Positions 9,301 through 17,677 of a stretch of 64,000 nucleotides of DNA are shown here, piece by piece (within the stretch, counting starts at the first letter, position 1; each line of letters begins with the position of its first letter). The position numbers and the translations under genes are program-made. The notes beneath the pieces are model-generated. The model worked only from the letters and a program-made list of their open reading frames with translations, was not told where the DNA came from and searched no databases. Origin of the DNA: an uncultured Gaiellaceae bacterium (GTDB taxonomy: Bacteria; Actinomycetota; Thermoleophilia; Gaiellales; Gaiellaceae); contig CAVTJQ010000020.1 in assembly GCA_963734975.1 (NCBI GenBank), positions 113,119 through 177,118 on the forward strand, given 5' to 3'.

Positions 9301-10135
9301 GCTCGCGCGATTTCGCGCCACTGAGCACCTCCTTTGCCAGGTCGCGGTAGGCCTGGGCGGCCGTCCCCGACGGATCGTACTTCAGGACGGACGAGCCCTT
9401 CACGGGCGCCTCGGCGTAGCGGACGGTCTTCCGGATCCGCGTCTTGTAGACGAGCTCGCCGAAGTTCTCCTCGAGGATCTCGACTGCCTCGCGGGCGTGC
9501 AGCGTGCGGCTGTCGAACATCGTCGGCAGGATCCCTTCGATCTTCACCTCGGGGTTCAGGTTCTCGCGCACCATCGCGAGCGTGTTCTCAAGCTGTACGA
9601 GGCCGCGCAGCGACAGGTACTCGCACTGCACCGGCACGATCACGCCCGTGGCCGCGACGAAGGCGTTGATCGTCAGCAGGCCAAGCGAGGGCGGCGTGTC
9701 GATGAGGACGAAGTCGTAGCGGTCGCGCACTTCGACCAGCGCTTTCTCCAGTGCGCGCTCACGGCCGATCATGGCCGACAGCGCGAGCTCGGCGCCGGCC
9801 AGGTCGATCGACGACACGGCAACGTCGACCTCGGCCGGATGGATGATCTCGGAGATCGGCAGCCGGTGGACGAGGACGTCGAACATGGAGCGCTCGATCG
9901 CGTCGGGGTTCATCCCCTGGCTCATGGTCAGATTCCCCTGCGGATCGAGGTCGACGATCAGCACCCGGTGGCCGAGCTCCATGAACGCGACGCCGAGGTT
10001 CAGCGTCGTAGTGGTCTTCGCGACGCCGCCCTTCTGGTTGGCGAAGACGATCACCCTCTGCAACGTTGTCTCCTCGGTGGCGGTGTCGGGCCGAACGTTC
10101 GGCCGCGGAAGCAGGCGCATGAGTCCCATGTGCAC
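9293..10135 (-). CDS. ParA/Soj/MinD-family P-loop ATPase (orphan; no ParB gene seen nearby)
   Basis: 280-aa ORF with the deviant Walker A NQKGGVAKTTTTLNLG, then LIVDLDPQGN and FVLIDTPPSLG. Confidence 0.9.
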   Translation of the reverse strand: MHMGLMRLLPRPNVRPDTATEETTLQRVIVFANQKGGVAKTTTTLNLGVAFMELGHRVLIVDLDPQGNLTMSQGMNPDAIERSMFDVLVHRLPISEIIHPAEVDVAVSSIDLAGAELALSAMIGRERALEKALVEVRDRYDFVLIDTPPSLGLLTINAFVAATGVIVPVQCEYLSLRGLVQLENTLAMVRENLNPEVKIEGILPTMFDSRTLHAREAVEILEENFGELVYKTRIRKTVRYAEAPVKGSSVLKYDPSGTAAQAYRDLAKEVLSGAKSREHA

Positions 10136-10263
10136 CCGCTTTTCAAGGCTACGTCGCCTATTCCTTCACCCGCCTCAACGAGCCGGCCTCGTAATCGCGC
10201 TCCATGCGGTTCCACGGGAGCCCGTCCCAGCGCGTGACGACGTCGGACGAGATCACTCGCCGA

Positions 10264-10470
10264 TTATGTCCCGTGCGGCGCCGTGCGGAGGCGCTCGACC
10301 ACCTCCCCTCCACTCGGGGCCGGCGCCGTCCACGTCTCGGCGTCGCGCATCAGCTCGCGCAGCTCGGCGAGCAGCTCGCCGGGCGGAGCCTCGCGGCGGT
10401 CGAGGGCGGCGATCCGCTCGAGCCGAGCGAGAACGGCGCCTTCCGGTGCAGCTGAGACCGTCGTCTCCAT
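10264..10470 (-). CDS. Hypothetical small protein
   Basis: 68-aa ORF METTVSAAPEGAVLARLERIAALDRREAPPGELLAELRELMRDAETW... It has protein-like composition and lies on the same strand as its neighbours. No family was recognised. Confidence 0.4.
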   Translation of the reverse strand: METTVSAAPEGAVLARLERIAALDRREAPPGELLAELRELMRDAETWTAPAPSGGEVVERLRTAPHGT

Positions 10471-10564
10471 CGGCCAACGACGCTACCGGCCGGAAGCGAG
10501 ACGCGTGTGCCGATTCAGCGCCGGATCTGTGCCGCTTTCCTCACGGGTTCGTCGCGACGCACCG

Positions 10565-11788
10565 TCAGACGGCGGCGGCGGCGCGGTCATGCGCGTCGCG
10601 CAACCCGAGCAATGTCTCGTCGAGCGAGCCCACGAGCGTCCGCCGGTCGCCGGCGCGTAGCACCTCGACGAGTGCGCGGCGCGCTGCGTCGGCGGCAGAC
10701 GGCGCCGCGGGCTCCCCGTCGGCGAGCGACCGAAGCGCTGCGTGGACGGCTCGCCGCTCCTCCGACGAGCCACCGAGCAGGACAGCGGCCCGGAGCGGCC
10801 AGGTGTCGCCGAGGAGCGCTCCGAGCGAGCCGCGGAGCTGCTCGGAGCGGAACGGCTCGTTCTGGAAGAGGGAGAGCTCCCAGCGGTCGAGCGCCTCCGC
10901 GAGCGGCGGATCGCCATCCGCGAGCAGGAGGCGCTGGAGCAGCTCCCTTGCCAGCTCCGCGCGAAACGTGTCGAGACGCGAGGGCTCACCGGGAGGCTGG
11001 GTGGCTGCGATCGGCAGCACCGGGCGGATCCCGAACGGGCGCCAGTCGAGCCGCTCGAACAGCACCGGGCCTGCCGAGACGGGCGCGGCGGTCGCGAGCC
11101 GGATCGCCGTGACGGCGTCGGCGAGCTCGGCCGGCGCGTCGGGCGCGTCCTCCTCCGCCTCGAGCCCACGCTCCAGCTCGAGCACGCAGTAGCGGTCGAT
11201 CTCGCGACCGAACCCGGGTGGGAGCAGACCCTGCGCCTCTGGCCAGTGCTGCGCGAGCTCCCCGGTTGCCCCGGCCCGAATCCGCAGCCCGTTCCCGAGC
11301 TCGACCTGTGTCACCACCGAGATGCCGACGAGCGGCGCCACGGCGGCATACGCGCGCGAGGTGCCGAACAGCGAGCGTGCCAGCTCCTCGTACGCCCGCT
11401 CGAAGGCGACGTCGTCCCAGTCGAAGCCGCCACACGACTCCGCGGTTGCGATCAGCAGTGAGAGCAGAACCGTGCGGAAGAGCGCCTGCTCCTCGGATGG
11501 CTCGGGACCTGCATGCGCGCGCGCGAAGATCGCCGCGGCGGGCTCGCGCATGAGCTCGTCGAGCGCGAGCCGGGCGTCCTCGCGGCCCGCCAGCTTCCGC
11601 TCGTGCGACTCGATGAAGCTGCGGACGAGCGGCCGGTACTCGTACAACGCCGGCCCGCCGCGCTGCACGTGCTCCTCGAACGAGAAGGGCAGCTCCTCGC
11701 CTTCCTCGAGCGCACGCCCCAGAAAGACGAACGCGCCGAGGCAGAAGGCGCGCAGGGTGAGATGAAGATGCGGAGCTCGGACTGCCAC
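10565..11788 (-). CDS. Conserved-looking hypothetical protein (~407 aa)
   Basis: This is the long ORF 10565..11911 with a coding-like composition. I prefer GTG 11788, which lies 8 nt after the upstream nei-like stop, because the track start overlaps that gene. No family was recognised. Confidence 0.6.
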   Translation of the reverse strand: MAVRAPHLHLTLRAFCLGAFVFLGRALEEGEELPFSFEEHVQRGGPALYEYRPLVRSFIESHERKLAGREDARLALDELMREPAAAIFARAHAGPEPSEEQALFRTVLLSLLIATAESCGGFDWDDVAFERAYEELARSLFGTSRAYAAVAPLVGISVVTQVELGNGLRIRAGATGELAQHWPEAQGLLPPGFGREIDRYCVLELERGLEAEEDAPDAPAELADAVTAIRLATAAPVSAGPVLFERLDWRPFGIRPVLPIAATQPPGEPSRLDTFRAELARELLQRLLLADGDPPLAEALDRWELSLFQNEPFRSEQLRGSLGALLGDTWPLRAAVLLGGSSEERRAVHAALRSLADGEPAAPSAADAARRALVEVLRAGDRRTLVGSLDETLLGLRDAHDRAAAAV

Positions 11789-11796
11789 CCGTCCGG

Positions 11797-12555
11797 TTAC
11801 GACCCGGCGGTCGCGGCTCCTGCCTGCGGCTGGCAGGTCGGGCACCAGTACGCGGTGCGGTTCTCGTCGCCAAGCCCGCGCGAGCGCACGATCGCGCCGC
11901 AGCGCCGGCACGGCCGTCCCGCCCGACGGTAGACGTTGCGGCCGGGGCGTCCGGTGGCCAGCGACTCGCGCATCAGACGGCGCGCAGCGGCGAGCGCCTC
12001 TGCGAGCTGCTCGTCACCGACCTCGGCGACGAGCGTCCGGGGCGAGAGGCGGATCTCCCACAACGCCTCGGCCATCCACATGTTCCCGATCCCGGCCACG
12101 AGCCGCTGGCTCTGGAGCGCCTCGCCGAGCGGGCGGCAACCGGCGCTCCGGAGCCGCGCCACGGCTGCCGTGACGTCGAAGTCGTCGGCGAGCACGTCCG
12201 GCCCGAGTCGCCGCACCGGACCGACGTCGAGCGAGAGCACCGGACCGTTCCAGAGCACGGCCTCGAGCTCGCTCGTGCGCAGAACGAGCCACGGCCTGCC
12301 AGTCCGCGCCGACCCGCGCGGCTCGACCCGCCAGCGGCCGCTCATGCGCAGATGGCTGCGCAGGACGAGCCCGCCCTCGAAGCGCAGCAAGAGGTTCTTG
12401 CCGACAGCCTCGACGGATTCGAGCACACGGCCGTCGATCCGCGGCGCGACACCGGTCGCCTGCGCCCGCGGATGGGGCGCCTCCACCTCGATGCGGCTGC
12501 CCACGAGGGCCTGGAGCCGCTCGGCGGCGCGGCGCAGCGAGTCCCCCTCAGGCAC
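11797..12555 (-). CDS. Fpg/Nei family DNA glycosylase (endonuclease VIII-like)
   Basis: The N-terminus is MPEGDSLRR (catalytic Pro2/Glu3). The H2TH region reads LVAGIGNMWMAEALW, and the C-terminal zinc finger reads CRRCGAIVRSRGLGDENRTAYWCPTCQ. Confidence 0.9.
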   Translation of the reverse strand: MPEGDSLRRAAERLQALVGSRIEVEAPHPRAQATGVAPRIDGRVLESVEAVGKNLLLRFEGGLVLRSHLRMSGRWRVEPRGSARTGRPWLVLRTSELEAVLWNGPVLSLDVGPVRRLGPDVLADDFDVTAAVARLRSAGCRPLGEALQSQRLVAGIGNMWMAEALWEIRLSPRTLVAEVGDEQLAEALAAARRLMRESLATGRPGRNVYRRAGRPCRRCGAIVRSRGLGDENRTAYWCPTCQPQAGAATAGS

Positions 12556-12591
12556 GAATCGAGGGTAGATGACAGCTAATGTGTCGCACCG

Positions 12592-13935
12592 ATGGACAAC
12601 GCTGGCACGCTCACCGTCGGCCCGAAGCGCGTCGACCCCGTTGCGGGGAGCGCGGCGCTTCGGGCACGCGCACAGGACCCGGTGGACAAGCGCGTGTTCG
12701 ATCGCCTCACGCGGCTCGTTGCAGCATTGCTCGAAGCGCCGGTTTCGCTGTTGATGATCTCCGACGCCGACGATCTCGTCTTCGCGAGCTTCGCCGGGCC
12801 GGCGGATCCATGGGGCAGCCTGCGGAGCTTTCCCCTCACGGATGCGTACTGCCAGTACGCGATCGGCAGCCGCGAGCCGTTCGTGGTCGAGGACGCGCTC
12901 GCCGATCCCGTCGTTCGCGACCTGCCCCCGACCACCGACCTCGGAGTCGTCGCCTACCTCGGCGTTCCCCTCCTCACCTCAGGCGGGGAGCCGATCGGCA
13001 TTCTCTGCGCGATCGACCTAGAGGCTCGCTCCTGGAGCGAACGCGACATCGGCGTCGTGAAGGAGCTCGCCGCGACGGTCATGGCCTACATCGAGACTCG
13101 GCCGACCGGGACGGAACGGGCATCGGGAGGATTGAACATCGCGGCGGTCGCCCGCAAGACAGGAATCGCGTCCGACACGCTGCGCAAGTGGGAACGCCGC
13201 TACGGCGTGCTCCGACCCAGTCGGACGCCGGGCGGTCAACGCCGCTACGACGACAACGACGTGGCTCGTGTGGAGTGGCTGCGCGACCGGCTGGCGGAGG
13301 GGTTCCGGATCTCCGAGGCGGCCGCGCTGCTCGATCCCGCCGGCGAGACGGCGTTCGCTTCGGCCGACGAGATGCGCGCAGCGCTCGTCGATGCGGCGCA
13401 CGCCGCAGATCCCGCACGGCTGATCGCGCTCGTCGAGCAGACCTTCGCGCTGAACCCGGTCGAGACGGCGATCGAGGAGATCGTGCGCCCCGCACTCGAG
13501 GAGATCGGCTCCGACTGGGCAGAGCGCAGCGGCGCGATCGCCGAGGAGCACCTGCTGACCGAGACGGTTCGAGCGCGGCTCGAGCGCATGCTCGCGGACC
13601 GGCGGCCCGGCCTCCGCGGCAAGGCGGTGCTCGCCTGCGGCCCGGACGAGCGCCACGACCTCGGCCTGCTCGCGCTCGCGGTGCTGCTCCAGGCGGACGG
13701 CTGGCTCGTGGCCTATCTCGGAGCGGACATCCCGCTCGACGCCGTCCTCGAGCTGGCCGAGCAGATCGAGGCCGACGCGCTGTGCGTGAGCTTCACGCTG
13801 ACCGATTCGTACGAGCGCTTCGTCGCCGACCTCGCGGACGTGACGCTGCCGGATCGGCTCACCGTCGTCGTCGGCGGTGCGGCGGCACCGCAGCAGCGCG
13901 GCCTCGCCGAGATCGTCGCCGGCCTGCGCGCCTGA
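12592..13935 (+). CDS. GAF domain - MerR HTH - cobalamin-binding (CarH/LitR-type) fusion regulator
   Basis: 447-aa ORF with a GAF-like N-terminal region (about residues 30-165). The MerR HTH reads LNIAAVARKTGIASDTLRKWERRYGVLRPSRTPGGQRRYDDNDV. The helical-bundle motif is WAERSGAIAEEH (W-x9-E-H), and the B12 loop is PDERHDLGL (E-x-H-x-x-G). Confidence 0.85.
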   Translation: MDNAGTLTVGPKRVDPVAGSAALRARAQDPVDKRVFDRLTRLVAALLEAPVSLLMISDADDLVFASFAGPADPWGSLRSFPLTDAYCQYAIGSREPFVVEDALADPVVRDLPPTTDLGVVAYLGVPLLTSGGEPIGILCAIDLEARSWSERDIGVVKELAATVMAYIETRPTGTERASGGLNIAAVARKTGIASDTLRKWERRYGVLRPSRTPGGQRRYDDNDVARVEWLRDRLAEGFRISEAAALLDPAGETAFASADEMRAALVDAAHAADPARLIALVEQTFALNPVETAIEEIVRPALEEIGSDWAERSGAIAEEHLLTETVRARLERMLADRRPGLRGKAVLACGPDERHDLGLLALAVLLQADGWLVAYLGADIPLDAVLELAEQIEADALCVSFTLTDSYERFVADLADVTLPDRLTVVVGGAAAPQQRGLAEIVAGLRA

Positions 13936-14357
13936 TGTCCTACGCCCGGTCAGCGGCCGCCGGTGCGATTGCGGCGACGACGTGGGGGCTGGCGGAGCCG
14001 CTCGATCAGCGTGTGCTTCGGTACGACTACTCCGACATCGCGCTGCTGGGGAAGGCCGTGACGCGCGGGCCGCGGTGGCGTCCGGTCGGGTTCGCGATCC
14101 ACGCGGCGAACGGGATCGCCTTCGGGCTCGCGCTCGAGGCGGTGCACCGGCGGACGGCGATCGACAAGCGGCGCCTCGCGCTCGGAGCCGCCCTCGCAGA
14201 GCACGTGGCGCTCTATCCGCTCTCCTACTTCGTCGATCGCCACCATCCGGCGCGCGGCGAGCCGGGGCTTCCGCCGCTGCTGACGAGCCCGCGCGCGTTC
14301 GCACAGGCGGCGTGGCGCCATGCGGTCTTCGGCACCGTGCTCGGCCGGCTCGCCTGA
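13935..14357 (+). CDS. Hypothetical membrane-associated protein, translationally coupled to the CarH-like gene
   Basis: The ATG overlaps the upstream stop (TGATG at 13933-13937). The product MSYARSAAAGAIAATTWGLAEPLDQRVLRYDYSDIALLGK...FGTVLGRLA is the only protein-like part of shadow ORF 12579..14357. Confidence 0.65.
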   Translation: MSYARSAAAGAIAATTWGLAEPLDQRVLRYDYSDIALLGKAVTRGPRWRPVGFAIHAANGIAFGLALEAVHRRTAIDKRRLALGAALAEHVALYPLSYFVDRHHPARGEPGLPPLLTSPRAFAQAAWRHAVFGTVLGRLA

Positions 14358-14376
14358 CGCGACCGCGGCCGTTGCG

Positions 14377-15958
14377 TCAACCTCGCGCGCGGTTGACTGC
14401 GGCGCAGAAGCGACCGTAGGTCTCGAGCTCGGCCTCGACCGGCTCGAGCACGAGCGTCAGGGCCGAGCTCTCCAGTCGCTTGCGCATCGAGCGGGCAGCA
14501 GCGCGCGCACGCCTGCGCGCGCCGCCTCCGTTCAGGAGACGTGTCAGGAACGCCACCGCGATCCCGCCGATCACACCGCCGAGCAGGAGACCGGTCGGCA
14601 GCGGCACGCCCCGCGCCTCCGGCACCGGCAGGACGTCGCCCAGGCGCAGGTAGTCGAGCAGGAACAACGCAAGCAGCCACAACACGCCGATCGCGACGGC
14701 GGCGGCCAGCAGCGTCTGCAGCGCGCCCGCGAAGCGCCACCAGCGCGGCCGCCGCAGCTGGAGGTCGGCTCCTGCGACAGCGCGGTCGAGCTCCGCGGCG
14801 ACCTGCGACTCGCGGCTCGTGGCGGCGCTTCGGACGAGTGCAGGCCATGGCTCCGGCAGCCCGGCCGCCGCCGCACTGCCCAGCGCTCGCGCCGCGTTCT
14901 CCACCTGCGCGACCTGAACCGCCGAGGCCGGCGGCAGCGACGTGTGGACTCGTTCCGACGAGTCGCCGCCGAGCCGCAGACGGCGGAGCGGGTCCGGCCG
15001 GAGGCGCTTGAGCCAGCGCACGAACGGCCACCCGGTCGCGAGCACCCCGCTCCGGCGGTGAGCGCGCTCCACGGCCCGGGTCACCGTCGCCACTCCCGCT
15101 GCGTCCTCGAGCGCCCGGCGAAGGCGCGCGTGCTCCTGCCGGCCGACGCGGCCGCCGTCGCCTCCGCAGGCGGCACCGAGACGCCCCGTCGCCGCCTCCA
15201 CGTCCGCCTCGAGCCGCGCGACGACAGCCTCTCGCGCCGCGACTCGCTCCGCCAGGAGCCGCCGCAGCTCGGGCAGCCCCGCGCCCGTGACGGTCGAGAC
15301 GGCGAGCACCGGAACCCGGTCGAGCCCATTGCGCTCGAGCAGCCGCACGAGGTCCGCCCGACACGATGCCAGCGCCTGAGCGTCGAGCAGGTCGGCCTGG
15401 TTGAGCACCACCGCCATGGCGTCGCCGTAACCGACGAAGCGCCGCAGGTAGCCGTCGTGCCAGGCCGCGTCCGCGTACTTCTGCGGATCGACGACCCAGG
15501 CGACCAGGTCGACGAGCTCGACCAGCCGGTCGACCTCCAGCCGGTGGGCGGTCTCGACGGAGTCGAAGTCGGGCAGGTCGAGCAGGACGAGGTCGTCCAG
15601 ATCGTGGCCGCGGGGCGTCGCCGTCGAGGCGGTGCCGCCGCGGCACCTCGAGCCAGTCGAGGAGCGCGGTGGCTCCGTCGCCGCCCCAGACCGCTGCCGC
15701 AGCCGCGGACGTCGTCGGCCGGCGCCGCCCGACCGACCCGAGGTCGGAGCCGGCGAGCGCGTTGAAGAGCGAGGTCTTGCCGGCGCCCGTCGGGCCCGCG
15801 AGCGCCACGACGGTCGATTCCACCCCGAGACCGAGTCGTGCTCCCGCCTTCGTGACGACGGCCCGGCCCGGAGCGAGGAGCTCGTCGTCGAGTCGCCCTT
15901 CGGCCAGCGACGTCGCCTCGGCAAGCGCCGCCAGCCGCACGTCGAGCGTGGCCGTCAC
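14377..15958 (-). CDS. Dynamin-like/HSR1-type GTPase with C-terminal TM hairpin; apparent +1 frameshift near 15606-15618
   Basis: The N-terminus VTATLDVRLAALAE...VVALAGPTGAGKTSLFNALAG...LLDWLEVPRRHRLDGD is in the frame of track ORF 14225..16333. The continuation GHDLDDLVLLDLPDFDSVETAHRLEVDRLVELVDLVAWVVDPQKY... is in ORF 14377..15924. The GTG start overlaps the upstream stop (GTGA). Two TM helices lie near the C-terminus. Confidence 0.8.
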
Positions 15959-17619
15959 GGGCGAACGGCGGAGGCGGCCGCGCGCACGCGCTCGGCCGCA
16001 TCGGGCCCGGATCCGACCGGGTCGAGCAGCGCGGTGAATCGCTCGGCCTCGGCGTCGAGCAGCCCGCGGACGCGGGCGAGCAGGTTCTCGCGCGCTCTGG
16101 CCGCCAGCGCCCGGACCGCCTGGTCGCCGAAGATCGCCTCGAGCACCTTCTGCCCGACTGCAGACGTGCCGCCGGCGATCACCACCTCGGCACCGGTGAG
16201 CCCACCGGTCTGGACGAAGACGGCGAGCATGACCGTGAGGCCCGCGCCGTTCACGCCGAGCGAGGCGAGCCGCGCAGTCGTGCGCTTGCTCATCCCCTCG
16301 CTGCGGACGAGCTCGAACACATCGCCCTGCCACTCGCGCACCTCGCGCTCGGCCGCCTGGGCGAGCCCCGGCGAGGCCGTGTCGAGACCGGATCCGTCCG
16401 CGAGCAGCTCGCGGCCGCCGCCCGTCTCGCGCCAGACCCCTGCGACTCGACCTGCGGCGCGGTCGGCCGCCGCCCGCACCACCGCCTCGACACCGGTCTC
16501 CACCGCCTCCTTCACCTCGTCGTCCGCCGTCGGCTTACCCGAGACCACGCTGCGGAGGCGATCGCGCGCCCACGCTACGCGCGACTCGAGCGCGCGCATT
16601 ACGTCGCCGGTGCCCACGACCTCGTACCAGCGCGCCAGCACCTCACCGCGCAGGAGCGAGCCGCTCCCGAGCGACTCGCCGACCTCCTCGGCCGCACGTT
16701 CGTACTGACGATCGGCCGCGCCCTGAAGCTCCGCGACGGCGGCGGCCTGCGTGTCCAGCGCCCGCGCGACCGTCTCGGCGCGGGGACGGACGCTCGCGAG
16801 CGCACCCGCGAGCGTGCGCTCGATCAGCTCGGAACGCGCCCCGGCATCGGCGGTGAGCGCGTCGAGCCAGCTGCGCACGGGCGCGAGGGCCGCGGCCGGA
16901 AGCAGGCCCCGCTCGAGCACCGTCTCGGGGACGACGAGCAGGTCCGTTCCCGCCAGCCCCTGGTCGGCGAGCATCTGCTCCAGGTGAGCGGTCACCTCTG
17001 CGGCCCCGTCGGCCGGGACGCGGTTCAGCACCACCGCGAGCGTGGTGCCACGGTCGCGCGCGGCGTGCAGGAGCTCCCACGGGACGGCGTCCGCGTACCG
17101 AGCCGCCGTGGTGACGAAGAGCCAGGAGTCGGCGGCGGCGAGGAGCTGTGCCGCCAGCGTTCGGTTCGCCGCGGCCACCGAGTCGATGTCGGGCGAGTCG
17201 AGGAGGGCGAGTCCCGGCGGGAGCGCAGCCGTCGGCACGAGCTCGAGCCCGCCCGGTCCGGCGGCGCCGCCGGTCGTGCGGGACAGCTCCGGGAGCACGC
17301 GCTCGTCCTCGAACCAGCGCAGGTCGCCCGGATTGCAGGCGAGGACGGGCGCACGCGTCGTCGGCCGGAGGACGCCGGCGGCGCTCACCTCGGCCCCGAC
17401 GAGGCTGTTCAGGAGCGTCGACTTCCCGGCGCCGGTCGAGCCGCCCACGACCATGAGCAGCGGCGCGTCCATCTGGCGGAGGCGCGGCAGCAGGTAGTCG
17501 TCGATCTGGGCGACGAGCTCGTCCCGCACCAGGCGCGCCGCCGGCGCGTCCGTGAGCTCGAGCGCGAGGCGCAGAGGAACGAGCTCGTCCCGCAGGCCCT
17601 CGAGGGCTTCTGTGCTCAT
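15955..17619 (-). CDS. Dynamin-like/HSR1-type GTPase (first of tandem pair)
   Basis: 554-aa ORF with the P-loop VVGGSTGAGKSTLLNSL, then LLDSPDIDS and AVVLNRV (NKxD-like). A hydrophobic paddle LGVNGAGLTVMLAVFVQTGGLTGAEVVIAGG lies near the C-terminus. Confidence 0.85.
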   Translation of the reverse strand: MSTEALEGLRDELVPLRLALELTDAPAARLVRDELVAQIDDYLLPRLRQMDAPLLMVVGGSTGAGKSTLLNSLVGAEVSAAGVLRPTTRAPVLACNPGDLRWFEDERVLPELSRTTGGAAGPGGLELVPTAALPPGLALLDSPDIDSVAAANRTLAAQLLAAADSWLFVTTAARYADAVPWELLHAARDRGTTLAVVLNRVPADGAAEVTAHLEQMLADQGLAGTDLLVVPETVLERGLLPAAALAPVRSWLDALTADAGARSELIERTLAGALASVRPRAETVARALDTQAAAVAELQGAADRQYERAAEEVGESLGSGSLLRGEVLARWYEVVGTGDVMRALESRVAWARDRLRSVVSGKPTADDEVKEAVETGVEAVVRAAADRAAGRVAGVWRETGGGRELLADGSGLDTASPGLAQAAEREVREWQGDVFELVRSEGMSKRTTARLASLGVNGAGLTVMLAVFVQTGGLTGAEVVIAGGTSAVGQKVLEAIFGDQAVRALAARARENLLARVRGLLDAEAERFTALLDPVGSGPDAAERVRAAASAVRP

Positions 17620-17677
17620 GGGCGGGGAATGCCCGGTTTCGACGAATGAGAAAAGCGCGTCTCCGTAGCGACGGAGC

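Noticed and set aside
12579-14357. 592-aa + strand ORF
   Set aside because: It is an Arg/Pro/Gly-rich out-of-frame reading of the CarH-like gene. Only its last 140 codons, from ATG 13935, are protein-like.
14225-16333. 702-aa minus-strand ORF, plus 15081..16001
   Set aside because: Only the segment from GTG 15958 to about 15610 is real, and it forms the N-terminus of the second GTPase. The rest is Arg-rich out-of-frame sequence.
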